This document shows, piece by piece, positions 26,094-35,240 of a DNA stretch of 45,904 nucleotides. The stretch is taken from assembly GCA_047626655.1 (NCBI GenBank), contig JBLHSI010000001.1, positions 1 to 45,904 on the forward strand, given 5' to 3'. Origin of the DNA: Halioglobus sp. GTDB lineage: Bacteria > Pseudomonadota > Gammaproteobacteria > Pseudomonadales > Halieaceae. A program made the position numbers and the translations under genes. The notes under the pieces are model-generated. The model saw nothing but the letters and a program-made list of their open reading frames with translations, was not told where the DNA came from and ran no database searches. How positions within the stretch are numbered: position 1 is the first letter of the stretch; every line of letters begins with the position of its first letter.

Positions 26094-27545
26094 TCATGAC
26101 TTTGCGGCCGAACGGTTTTTCACTAGTGCAATCACCGATTCCAGCTTCTCTTTAGATACGCCGCCAACTAGAAAGGTCACCAAAACGAATATGATCAAGC
26201 TGACGATGCCGCCAACAAGCGAGCCATTAATCGGTAGAAAGGATACGACTGCAACCGCGGTCACTGCGGCCAAAAATAACTTGAGGACCGGCAACCAGGA
26301 TAACGAGTAGTCGGCCATACGCAGGCTGAGGTAGATCACTGGCACCGCCGTGACAACTAACTCAACAAAAAGGTAGGTGCCGACAGCGCCATTTATGCCA
26401 TAAATTGGCACCAGATAGGAGACCAGAAAAGCACTGGAGATCACAACCATAACAGTGATCCACATCGTTTTTCGCTGTCCTCCGCAGATGATAATGGGAG
26501 ACGCCATAGCAATACTCAAGGCTCGGGCGAGAATTGCCCATGATAGTGCTCTCAGGATTCGAGCCGATTCGTCCATCGACTCACCAAAAAATGAAACGAT
26601 AAAGTCGGAACTGCTATAAACAAGGCAGAAAAAGAAAGAGGAAACCAAAACGATGATTTCGACAACGTTTTGTTGGGTGACGGCAAACAGTTTCTTGTCA
26701 GTATGAAAATAGTTAGACAAGGGAGTGTAAAAAACATTAACGATTGCGTGAGTCACCATAATTATCGGGAACACCAATCGTATTGCTACCGTATAAATTG
26801 CGACAGCTTCCATACTTACCATCTTGGATAAAACCAGTGGTATTAAGGCGTCATAACATGCCACTGTAATGCCCGCAACGCCCAGAGGTCCCGCCTGCCG
26901 CAGCAATAAGTTAACGTCACCTTTATAGTCCGCTTTTAGCTTGGGTCGATAAACGCGTGAGCCGAGGACCAAATTCACGGCAAAGTAAATAAAACGAGAT
27001 ATGGTGTAGCAGGCTACAAAAGCGGTGACGTTGGGCTCGCCTAGCGCTAACAGCAGCGCCAGAATAAGCATCACTAATACGCCAGTTGACTCAGACATCA
27101 TGTCCTTGTGCATCGTCATATCGACGCGACAACTCACGCGATAGATTTGGGCCCCACCATAAAACACAATGCCAGCACCGCCTATATATACTGCCGTCGC
27201 AAGCTCCGGATAACCCAAGAGATTGATGGCAAGTATGACCGCGCCGAAGGCAAGCACTGCCTGCAAGAGTTTGATTAGGGAGAAGGCATCTAGAATAGCT
27301 TTTCTTTTGTCGTGACTCTGGGCGATATTTCTAACGGCTATATCGGTGAAACCAAAGTCCATTAGCCATTCGCCGATGTAGAGGATGCTCATGACAACGA
27401 CGTATTGTCCCAATACTTCGGTGCCAGCCACGCGCACAATAATGAGTACGATGAGCAGCCGCGACATACTAACGAAGACCCGACCACTGACCAGGCTGGC
27501 TATGTTCTGGAGAAGCTTCCAGTTTGAGTTCGCAGAGTTAGGCAT
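26094..27545 (-). CDS. wzx: Wzx-type oligosaccharide flippase (second MOP-family member)
   Basis: 483 aa polytopic membrane protein with the N-terminus typical of polysaccharide biosynthesis proteins. Its start lies 5 nt after the stop of the upstream Wzy-like gene. Confidence 0.75.
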   Translation of the reverse strand: MPNSANSNWKLLQNIASLVSGRVFVSMSRLLIVLIIVRVAGTEVLGQYVVVMSILYIGEWLMDFGFTDIAVRNIAQSHDKRKAILDAFSLIKLLQAVLAFGAVILAINLLGYPELATAVYIGGAGIVFYGGAQIYRVSCRVDMTMHKDMMSESTGVLVMLILALLLALGEPNVTAFVACYTISRFIYFAVNLVLGSRVYRPKLKADYKGDVNLLLRQAGPLGVAGITVACYDALIPLVLSKMVSMEAVAIYTVAIRLVFPIIMVTHAIVNVFYTPLSNYFHTDKKLFAVTQQNVVEIIVLVSSFFFCLVYSSSDFIVSFFGESMDESARILRALSWAILARALSIAMASPIIICGGQRKTMWITVMVVISSAFLVSYLVPIYGINGAVGTYLFVELVVTAVPVIYLSLRMADYSLSWLPVLKLFLAAVTAVAVVSFLPINGSLVGGIVSLIIFVLVTFLVGGVSKEKLESVIALVKNRSAAKS

Positions 27546-27550
27546 TGGGG

Positions 27551-29065
27551 TCAGTTTATGCCTGGCCTTTTATACTGGCCTTGAGCATTATTTTTGTGCC
27601 ATATATCTATGGCAACGATGAGCGCAGCAACTATGAAGAAAACTCTGCCACAATTGGGACTGCGGATAAAAAAGCTCGCCATACCATCTGCCAATAGCGC
27701 TAACATACCGGCCATACACCCAAGGTTCACCACTGCCAAAAATGGATGTGTATAGTGCGCCACTCCGCGCCATGCCATTAGCATCAAATGGTAATTAAAC
27801 GCCAGAAAGAGTATTAGGCCAATTGTGCCCTGCTCTGACCAGACCAACAGGTAAATATTGTGTACAACAGGTAGATCGTCTCCAAACTTATCCAACACAG
27901 CCTGATAGCTTCCATACTTGGTGTATGGTGGCGCCTGCCAGACAAAAGAATTTAGACCAAAACCTAATACGGGTTTGGCCAAAGCCATGTCGAACGCGAC
28001 CTCCATGAACTCCCAACGAAAACTGACAGCGCCGGTGTCACTTTGCGTTAATCGTTTGATGATGGGACCGGACAGGGCGCCGGCTATCAGGAAGATAAAG
28101 ACGACGGACATTAGTCTGCCCAGCACGTATTTTCTTCGTAAGCTTGGATGTGCAAATGAGATAGCCATCAATACTATGTAGGCGAGCCCGAAAGCGATCC
28201 AGCCCGACCGAGAAAGCGTGAGGACGAGGCTCACAGAACCCACAACTACAGTAGCAAGCAGAAACGCTTTGTAAATAGGCTTGGCATTTGAAAATAGAAC
28301 GGCGAGGCCAATAGGTACATTCATCGCCATAAAGATCGCAAGTAAATTTGGGTGTCCAATCATCCCACCGACGCGGTTGGTATATCCACCATCTCGGTAG
28401 GTTGCCTGGGAAGTAAAGTCTGTTCCCTGCTCGGTGACTTCACCCAGTATTTGGGCGCCAAAGTTCAAATCAAAGACGTACTGCAGTAATGCCACTAGGC
28501 CCTGAAAAGCGACTCCTATCATTAACACCGCGACAATATGTTCTATCTGTTTTACCCGGACGGCTTCATTGACGATCACCAAAAATAAAAGTGACAATTT
28601 GAGCATTCTGACCATTTCCAGGAACGCAACTTCCCTCATTGGCCCGGTTAGTATGTCTAAAAAGCCCAGCAGTGCCATGCCAAGCCACCAGTACAATACC
28701 TTTGGGACCACCAAGTTGGCGCGATTGCCCGTGGCGTAGTCACGCAGCAGAAATACGACGAGTGGTATTATGAAGACGTCGACCGCATCAATAGAGATAG
28801 AGCCGGCACCGCCCATATGAGCTGTAACCATAAAGCTTATGTTGAGCGCAAATGGGGCGGTGATGATCAAGCCCCACAAACAAAACAAACGTATATTTCC
28901 GCAAGCGATCAATGCCACGATAAACAGTAATCCGCCCGTAATTGCGAATACGATTTTGGAGCTGGCGAGAAACAGCATTAACACAATGGTTGTTGCTGCA
29001 AGAGCAGCAAAAATCAATGTCGCAAACGAGGAAAAGGTCTCTCTGGACTGGTCGCTAAGTTGCAT
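27551..29065 (-). CDS. wzy: O-antigen ligase/polymerase family membrane protein (Wzy-like)
   Basis: 504 aa with 10 or more helices. The central segment LTLSRSGWIAFGLAYIVL followed by a larger loop fits the Wzy_C/O-antigen ligase pattern. Confidence 0.65.
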   Translation of the reverse strand: MQLSDQSRETFSSFATLIFAALAATTIVLMLFLASSKIVFAITGGLLFIVALIACGNIRLFCLWGLIITAPFALNISFMVTAHMGGAGSISIDAVDVFIIPLVVFLLRDYATGNRANLVVPKVLYWWLGMALLGFLDILTGPMREVAFLEMVRMLKLSLLFLVIVNEAVRVKQIEHIVAVLMIGVAFQGLVALLQYVFDLNFGAQILGEVTEQGTDFTSQATYRDGGYTNRVGGMIGHPNLLAIFMAMNVPIGLAVLFSNAKPIYKAFLLATVVVGSVSLVLTLSRSGWIAFGLAYIVLMAISFAHPSLRRKYVLGRLMSVVFIFLIAGALSGPIIKRLTQSDTGAVSFRWEFMEVAFDMALAKPVLGFGLNSFVWQAPPYTKYGSYQAVLDKFGDDLPVVHNIYLLVWSEQGTIGLILFLAFNYHLMLMAWRGVAHYTHPFLAVVNLGCMAGMLALLADGMASFFIRSPNCGRVFFIVAALIVAIDIWHKNNAQGQYKRPGIN

Positions 29066-29074
29066 AAGAGCAGC

Positions 29075-29815
29075 TTAATCTTCAGATAAAATGTGTTTTA
29101 CATTGGTGATATTGTGGTTCGCAAATATTTCCATTTTCTGATCAAAGCTCTCAATCGCGGTAGTTCGCTCCTCGAGGTGGAGAAGAACGAGGTCGGCTGA
29201 CTTTGCGTAGGGCAAGTAACGCGTATCGATCTGAATATCATCTTGCTGCAATATGACGTAATCGTACTCTGCTTTGAACTTGTCTATAAATGTTTGAACT
29301 TGCTCTTCCGAGACATAGGGTACTCGGCGCTGTTGAGCTACCCCGGCAGAAATAAAGGAAACGTTGCCGTTTAACTGGTGAGTTACCGACTCAAAATCTG
29401 GTGTGGAACTGTCGCCCGGGACCAGTACATCGATAATTCCTGGTCGATCCTCCAGCCCGAGTAAGCGCGTAAGGCCGTTGTTTCTGAATGTTGCATCGAT
29501 AATCAGCACCGAACTGCTTAACTCATCCTGCAGAAAATGGCTAAACATCAACAAAACCTCACTGCTTTTGGTCATATCGGAGGCGGAGGAAAAAACGATG
29601 GAATTCCCCGTTTCAGAGGTGTTCATGTCCAATGCTATTTTTCGAGCTAGATAGCGATAAGACGCGGACGGAAACACAGGGTTTTCAAATCGCGCGAGAA
29701 ACTTTTGCGTCTGCTCACGTATTCTCTTTATGAGGTATATGAGGGCGGTGCGCAGAGAACTTAGCAGTTTCTCGCTCCCACGACGTAAATCGGCTTTATT
29801 TGGTTTAGATAACAA
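29075..29815 (-). CDS. BY-kinase/CpsD-like P-loop fold protein with degenerate Walker motifs (probable pseudo-kinase)
   Basis: The layout matches the Wzc/CpsD ATPase domain, but Walker A is SSASDMTKS (residues 76-84), Walker A' is VLIIDATFR, and the Walker B region is DYVILQQDD. There is no C-terminal Tyr cluster. TTG start with GAGGA 6 nt upstream. Confidence 0.55.
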   Translation of the reverse strand: MLSKPNKADLRRGSEKLLSSLRTALIYLIKRIREQTQKFLARFENPVFPSASYRYLARKIALDMNTSETGNSIVFSSASDMTKSSEVLLMFSHFLQDELSSSVLIIDATFRNNGLTRLLGLEDRPGIIDVLVPGDSSTPDFESVTHQLNGNVSFISAGVAQQRRVPYVSEEQVQTFIDKFKAEYDYVILQQDDIQIDTRYLPYAKSADLVLLHLEERTTAIESFDQKMEIFANHNITNVKHILSED

Positions 29816-29841
29816 GGAAATTCCTCAAATGCTGCAATAAA

Positions 29842-31494
29842 TTATAGCTTTTCTAGCCGCTTAACAGACGTATCGCTGTCAGGGCTAATTAAGCTGTAGT
29901 GACTCGCTAGAAACTCCGTATCTCGTCGCACAATGGCGTAGACTTCGTATCGCGCAGCAGAGGCAGAAAGTCGATATCTGCTCACCCGACCATAGATGAA
30001 GTCGAGGGCAATCGCAGCGAATATCCCCACTAGGGCGCCTACGACTAAAGCCGCGATGAGAAGTAGTTTTGTTTTTGGCCAGTACGGCTTTTCGGGATAG
30101 TCGGCATAGGCTACCACTTGAATAGCTGGTGGTGCAGAGAGCACAGTTGCGCGAGATATGGCGGCGGTCGTCAGCTTGTTACTCAGCCCGGTATATTTCG
30201 TTTCCATATGGGATTGTTCACGTTGAAGAGCGTGAGTCGTGTTTATCTTCCCCGGGAGTGCCTTCAGCGTTTCTTCTAGCTGCTTATCGGCCGCATTTTT
30301 AACCTTCAAGTTTGCTTCTATTCCGCTCAGCTCAGATAGCAGGTTGCTCTTGCGACTTACTAGTCCTTGGTAGGTCTCGCTAATCATTTGGATAGCTTGA
30401 GATTCCTCTTTTTCTTCTTCTCCCTCCCACAGCCTGGTGAGCCCGGTAATCTGTGCTTGAATTTCGCTGACTTCAGGAGACTCGGCGCTATAGCGGAGCT
30501 TGGTTTGCTCCAGGGCAATTTTCAACTGAATGATTTGATTGCGTAGAGTGACCCTGGCGGCGTTGTTTATCATAACTCTGCTACCAACAATATTTTTCTT
30601 TTCAAAGCCGAGTTGCCTGTCTATTTCTTTAAGCGTCGCTTCGGTATGGGCTTTTGTTGCTTCGATCTCTATGATGGAAGCCTTGAGTTCCAGCCAAGTA
30701 CCCACTTGCAATTTGTCCTTCTCGAAGGCCAGCAACATATTGTTTTCGCTGTAGTGAGCTTGCAGCTCCATCTCTTTCGCCGTCAACGCGACGAGCGCTT
30801 TGTCTACTTCCGTTTTGAGTGCGTTATAAGCGCGATCGGCCTCTTCCAGCATCCGTTCTTGCCGGCCCTCGAGGTACATATCGACCATGGTGTTTAGTGT
30901 ATCGGCAATTCTGGGTGATGGGCCCCGTGCGATTAGCGCTCCCATATTGGTATCCGGTACGGGCTGTAAAATAACACCGTCCTTAAAGCTTAAGACTGTT
31001 TTCCCCCGCTCAAGCTCTTCCGGTGTCGCTGCGTAAAGCGTGCTGGGTGGAAAAACCCAGTGTTTGACACTCCGGTAGGTTCTTCCGATCAAGGACTCTA
31101 CCCATATATAGCCTACATGGGTCATAAACGAGTGATACACATCGTCAAATTCCAGCTCGAGTTCATCGACAACTTTTCCGATCAATAGGGTCGAGGTCAT
31201 CATTTCGCCCTCGTCTGGCAGAGAGTTAGTGCGAAATACGTTCCAGTGGTTGTAGAAATCGTCGCGACGCTGGTCTTCTGCAGAATCGGCGATAAGGACT
31301 ACTTGTACTTGATACGACGCGGGAAATGCCATTATGTAAATGATAACAAGCAGCAAAGTGCCCACTGTGGTTCCCAAAATAAGCGCTTTGTGGCACAGGA
31401 GTGCCTGTTTGACCGCCTCGAGTGACCTCTGGAAATCAAAGGAATCTGCCTCCGGTCGATGAGGAATAGCTTCTATTATTTCTGTGCTCATCAA
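29842..31494 (-). CDS. polysaccharide co-polymerase / chain-length determinant (GumC/Wzz-like, no kinase domain)
   Basis: N-terminal TM (ALILGTTVGTLLLVIIYIMAF), a long coiled-coil periplasmic region, and a C-terminal TM (LLLIAALVVGALVGIFAAIALDFIYG). Confidence 0.75.
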   Translation of the reverse strand: MMSTEIIEAIPHRPEADSFDFQRSLEAVKQALLCHKALILGTTVGTLLLVIIYIMAFPASYQVQVVLIADSAEDQRRDDFYNHWNVFRTNSLPDEGEMMTSTLLIGKVVDELELEFDDVYHSFMTHVGYIWVESLIGRTYRSVKHWVFPPSTLYAATPEELERGKTVLSFKDGVILQPVPDTNMGALIARGPSPRIADTLNTMVDMYLEGRQERMLEEADRAYNALKTEVDKALVALTAKEMELQAHYSENNMLLAFEKDKLQVGTWLELKASIIEIEATKAHTEATLKEIDRQLGFEKKNIVGSRVMINNAARVTLRNQIIQLKIALEQTKLRYSAESPEVSEIQAQITGLTRLWEGEEEKEESQAIQMISETYQGLVSRKSNLLSELSGIEANLKVKNAADKQLEETLKALPGKINTTHALQREQSHMETKYTGLSNKLTTAAISRATVLSAPPAIQVVAYADYPEKPYWPKTKLLLIAALVVGALVGIFAAIALDFIYGRVSRYRLSASAARYEVYAIVRRDTEFLASHYSLISPDSDTSVKRLEKL

Positions 31495-31500
31495 ATATCT

Positions 31501-32256
31501 CTAGGTGCCGGATAGGTCTTCTATTAGCTGATACTGAAAATATGGGGTCAATATCAAATTGACCGCACCCAATGGTTGAATTATAAAGTCTTGAATTAAA
31601 CGGCCGCCCTTTGATCGTTTGTTTTCAGGCACAACGATTAGATCATCAGCTTTCAGAGCGGTGTTTTGAAAGGCGGCATAGGGCCCCGCGGGACCTTTCG
31701 CGGGATCTTCCAGCAGATGCATTTTTATGAAACCGTCGCTATCTAATCGTATCAATGCCACATCGTTGAGCGATGCATCTCTAGTCACCCCGCCCGCATA
31801 GGCTATGGCCTGAGCTATAGTTCGCGCTTCGCGCAGTGGTATCGGTTTGGTCAAGCCAACTTCGCCGTAGACATACACCATGGGGTCGAGAGGATTGGTG
31901 AGAATGATGGTGACTTCGGGGTCTTTTAAGCGGCTGGAAAGCCTTTGTGTAATCGTGTCATCAAGCTCCTGAGGAGTCAGTCCACCGGCAGTAACTTCAT
32001 CCAGTAGGGGTAGCGATATCATCCCGTCTGGACGCACGACCACAGCGCGAGAGACATCGCCATTCCTGTACACAGCGACTTCCAGCTGGTCGCCGGGCAC
32101 AATCACGTACTCTCTTGAGTAGCGCTGTAGTGATTTAATAATTTCCGGCCCAGCAGCGATATCGTAAGGTGTTTGGGTACTGCTACAGGCGCTCAACAGC
32201 GCAAGTAGAGCGGCGACCGCTAGCGGGAATCGAATATTAGTTTTGAGAATCTTCAA
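31501..32256 (-). CDS. wza: Wza-family polysaccharide export outer-membrane lipoprotein (short form)
   Basis: Lipobox LLSAC. Poly_export motif YVIVPGDQLEVAVYRN..VVVRPDGMISLPLLDEVTAGGLTPQELDDTI..RL..LKDPEVTI, followed by an SLBB-like segment. The TTG start overlaps the upstream stop. Confidence 0.8.
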   Translation of the reverse strand: MKILKTNIRFPLAVAALLALLSACSSTQTPYDIAAGPEIIKSLQRYSREYVIVPGDQLEVAVYRNGDVSRAVVVRPDGMISLPLLDEVTAGGLTPQELDDTITQRLSSRLKDPEVTIILTNPLDPMVYVYGEVGLTKPIPLREARTIAQAIAYAGGVTRDASLNDVALIRLDSDGFIKMHLLEDPAKGPAGPYAAFQNTALKADDLIVVPENKRSKGGRLIQDFIIQPLGAVNLILTPYFQYQLIEDLSGT

Positions 32257-33263
32257 TGTATCTCTTTAAGCCTCAGTTTAGGCGCCTCTTGTGGTTCAGG
32301 CAGCTCGGGTAAAAACCAACTTAATATCCTTGGTGATACTAAAGCTATCGGTGCTATCAACCAAAGTTTGATTGATCGCAAGTTGTTGCCAAAGCATTTT
32401 ATTATGTAACTCCGGCACTGTGCTGCTTTGCCCTGACGTGCACTAATCAACGCTTTTGAACGATACAGCCTTGACAAAATGACTCTGCGATTACGTTCCG
32501 CAATTCCGGTATAGGTGCGCCGCTCAAATTGCTCGATCATTGCATCGACCGGTTTTTCATTATTGAGAAATTGTTGATAATGCCGCATCGATGTTGTGTG
32601 AAATCGAACAGATATCAATTCTTCCTTCTGAAACCATCCCTGACACCCATGATCTCCCAAGTGCATAAATATATCGCTCTCGAATGGGAAATTCCCCACG
32701 CCTTTAGGGTCTACAAACCCGGAAGTCTTCAGCGCACTCGTTTTAAACAGCGTGCCCGAGATTAGAGTAAACCCGCATTTCAAATGACCCTCAACGACAT
32801 CAAATGGTCCCTGCTCTGCATCCACCCGACCGTGCTCTTGTAGAAATTGTTGTGTTACCGATTCTGATGAAATGCCGTTTTCGTCAATAATATTGGCATT
32901 AGCGCAAAAGTAAGCGATATCGGGCGACTTTGCCAGTCGATCTACTGCTTTTTCGACGTAGTTCACACCTAGGGCGTCGTCGTCATGAAGAATCATGAAA
33001 TAGGGGCTATTTTCAGCTTCTGCGAAGAAGTATCGGCCCTGGCCGTATTCACCTCCATTGGTTTCTTGCTGGTGAAATCGCACGCGACTATCACTAAGCT
33101 CGTCAATAAATGAAGAGATTGACTCGCCAACGCCAGGTTCCGAACAGTTGTCGCTAACCACAACCTCTATATCGGTATAACTCTGTGCCAAGGCACTGAG
33201 GATAGCGTCTCTTACGAACTCCGGCCTATTGATGGTAGGGATACCTATAAAGACGTTAGCCAT
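32253..33263 (-). CDS. family 2 glycosyltransferase
   Basis: FIGIPTINRPEFVRDAILSALAQSYTDIEVVVSDNCS, and ILHDDD (DxD). Confidence 0.8.
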   Translation of the reverse strand: MANVFIGIPTINRPEFVRDAILSALAQSYTDIEVVVSDNCSEPGVGESISSFIDELSDSRVRFHQQETNGGEYGQGRYFFAEAENSPYFMILHDDDALGVNYVEKAVDRLAKSPDIAYFCANANIIDENGISSESVTQQFLQEHGRVDAEQGPFDVVEGHLKCGFTLISGTLFKTSALKTSGFVDPKGVGNFPFESDIFMHLGDHGCQGWFQKEELISVRFHTTSMRHYQQFLNNEKPVDAMIEQFERRTYTGIAERNRRVILSRLYRSKALISARQGKAAQCRSYIIKCFGNNLRSIKLWLIAPIALVSPRILSWFLPELPEPQEAPKLRLKEIH

Positions 33264-33266
33264 TTT

Positions 33267-34238
33267 CTAGTCCTTATTGGCCGCTAGATACCATTCGTAG
33301 GTCTCAGCAAGACGATCCACGACACTGGCAGCAGGCTTCCAGTTCAAAGTCGTTTTTGCTAAGTCAGAAGATAAGTACTGATGCAAAATCTCTCCCTGAG
33401 CGGTATTTTGAACATCGGGCTGCAAGTCTTCTCGATCGGCAGCCTTTAGTATTAGGCGAATAAATTCGAGGACAGAGAGAGGCTCGCCGGTGCCGAAATT
33501 ATAAGCTTTACCGTGAATACTCTTGTCTTCCATGTGCTCTGCCAGTGTCATGTAAGCTGCCGCAATATCCTTAACGAACACGTAATCTCGTTTGGGTGAG
33601 CCGTCACTGCGAATTATTGGTCTTCGATTCATCGCAATGTCGCGCATTGTGCCAGGTACGATGCGATCGTAATGCAGATCTCCCGGTCCGAACAAGTTGC
33701 CACATCGGGTAATGCAAACGGGTGTGCCATAAGTGTTGTGGTAAGTGCTTGCAATCAGATCAGCGCAACTTTTTGAGACATCATAGGGATGACTTCCCTG
33801 CAGCGCGAAAGTTTCATCGTAGGGCAAAACATCATGGTCTCCATAAGCCTTGTCACTGGAGGCGATCACCACACGGGTGACTAGCGAGTTCCGCCGGCAG
33901 GCTTCTAGTAAAACCCAGGTGCCTTTAATGTTAGCTTCAAAAGTCGACATAGGATTGCGATTTGCCACACCCACTATTGCTTGCGCACCCAAGTGAAAGA
34001 CCGTGTCGATATGGTGCTCGTTGATGGCTCGCTCAATAGTATCGTAATCTTCTAGTGAGCCGTGTACGACGGTAATTTTTTTATCCAGCCCCGCCAGATA
34101 AAAAGGTGCCTGTGGCACTAGGTCGCGAACCAGACCGACGACATTAGCGCCTTGTTTAACTAGCTCATCGGTAAGCCACCAGCCCAAGAAGCCCGTGCAG
34201 CCGGTGATAAAAACGTTTCTGTTCTGCCAAAATTCCAT
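33267..34238 (-). CDS. NAD-dependent NDP-hexose 4,6-dehydratase (CDP-glucose 4,6-dehydratase-like)
   Basis: FWQNRNVFITGCTGFLGWWL resembles the RfbG N-terminus. SDR extended-family YDVSKSCAD catalytic motif. It lies immediately downstream of the cytidylyltransferase gene. Confidence 0.6.
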   Translation of the reverse strand: MEFWQNRNVFITGCTGFLGWWLTDELVKQGANVVGLVRDLVPQAPFYLAGLDKKITVVHGSLEDYDTIERAINEHHIDTVFHLGAQAIVGVANRNPMSTFEANIKGTWVLLEACRRNSLVTRVVIASSDKAYGDHDVLPYDETFALQGSHPYDVSKSCADLIASTYHNTYGTPVCITRCGNLFGPGDLHYDRIVPGTMRDIAMNRRPIIRSDGSPKRDYVFVKDIAAAYMTLAEHMEDKSIHGKAYNFGTGEPLSVLEFIRLILKAADREDLQPDVQNTAQGEILHQYLSSDLAKTTLNWKPAASVVDRLAETYEWYLAANKD

Positions 34239-34245
34239 AACAATC

Positions 34246-34944
34246 CTATTGCTCTACTGTCCAGGGGTAAGGCCTACTCGAAGCGATCTCGGCAAACTCG
34301 ATTTGGTCTTTGTAACTATCCAGGGATTTAAAGAAACCTCTGTGTGGAAACGAGTAAACTAGATTTTTTTCGACCAGCTTCGGAAAAACGTGCTGCTCCA
34401 TATTCGTTCCATCCCAGTGGTCAAAGACCTCCTTCTCAAATACGATGAAACCGGCATTCATCCAGTGGTCTTCAATAATGGGCTTTTCTCTGAGCTGGGT
34501 AATTTGCTGGTTTTCGTCGAACTCAATGAGCCCATACTGACTGTATAATGGCACGGTAGTAATTGTTGCCAGGCCGTCGTTCGCGTTGTGAAAGTCTACT
34601 AGCTTGCGCACGGGCACGTTACATAGTCCATCGGCATACGTTACGATAAATTGATCACCCGCATGTTCCTTGCACGCCAAGACTCTGCCGCCTGTGTCGG
34701 TATCGTCACCCGTATCAAGTATCTTGATGTTTGCGTCTAGGTCTTTCCCTTCGAAATAGTCCTCAAGCACATCTTGGCGATAGCCGGCAGCAAGAATAAA
34801 ATCGTCATATCCTTGTGCGATAAAATTCTTGATCACTTGAGAGATTATGGGCGAGCCACCCACGGGCAGCATTGGTTTTGGCATGTATTCAGTAAATGGG
34901 AATGCTCGTATCCCCTTGCCACCACAAAGTATAATTATTTTCAT
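34246..34944 (-). CDS. rfbF: glucose-1-phosphate cytidylyltransferase-like sugar nucleotidyltransferase
   Basis: MKIIILCGGKGIRAFPFTEYMPKPMLPVGG (G-G-x-G-x-R motif) and WMNAGFIVFEKEVF. ATG 34944 is preferred over the TTG at 34968. Confidence 0.7.
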   Translation of the reverse strand: MKIIILCGGKGIRAFPFTEYMPKPMLPVGGSPIISQVIKNFIAQGYDDFILAAGYRQDVLEDYFEGKDLDANIKILDTGDDTDTGGRVLACKEHAGDQFIVTYADGLCNVPVRKLVDFHNANDGLATITTVPLYSQYGLIEFDENQQITQLREKPIIEDHWMNAGFIVFEKEVFDHWDGTNMEQHVFPKLVEKNLVYSFPHRGFFKSLDSYKDQIEFAEIASSRPYPWTVEQ

Positions 34945-35240
34945 TTTGTTAAAATGTCCTTTTCTCAATTGATTATTATTAGGATTACATGTCTAGAAAC
35001 TGCTTCCCGCAGAAGGCACCGTATGATCAAGTGTCGCCCGATGCCTCAGGCGTTTGCTGTGTTCACCTTACCGCTGCAATATTATAGATGAGAAAAACCT
35101 TACCATCATGAGCAAGCGCTGAGGGAGATGAATAGCCGGCTAATCCTTTTTCTGTGGGGTACTTCTCAGATTGCGCCAAAACTTGTCGTTGTCGGCCAAG
35201 CCCGGTTCCGCTGGAAGACGCCGCTAGAGCTGAAAGCTCG

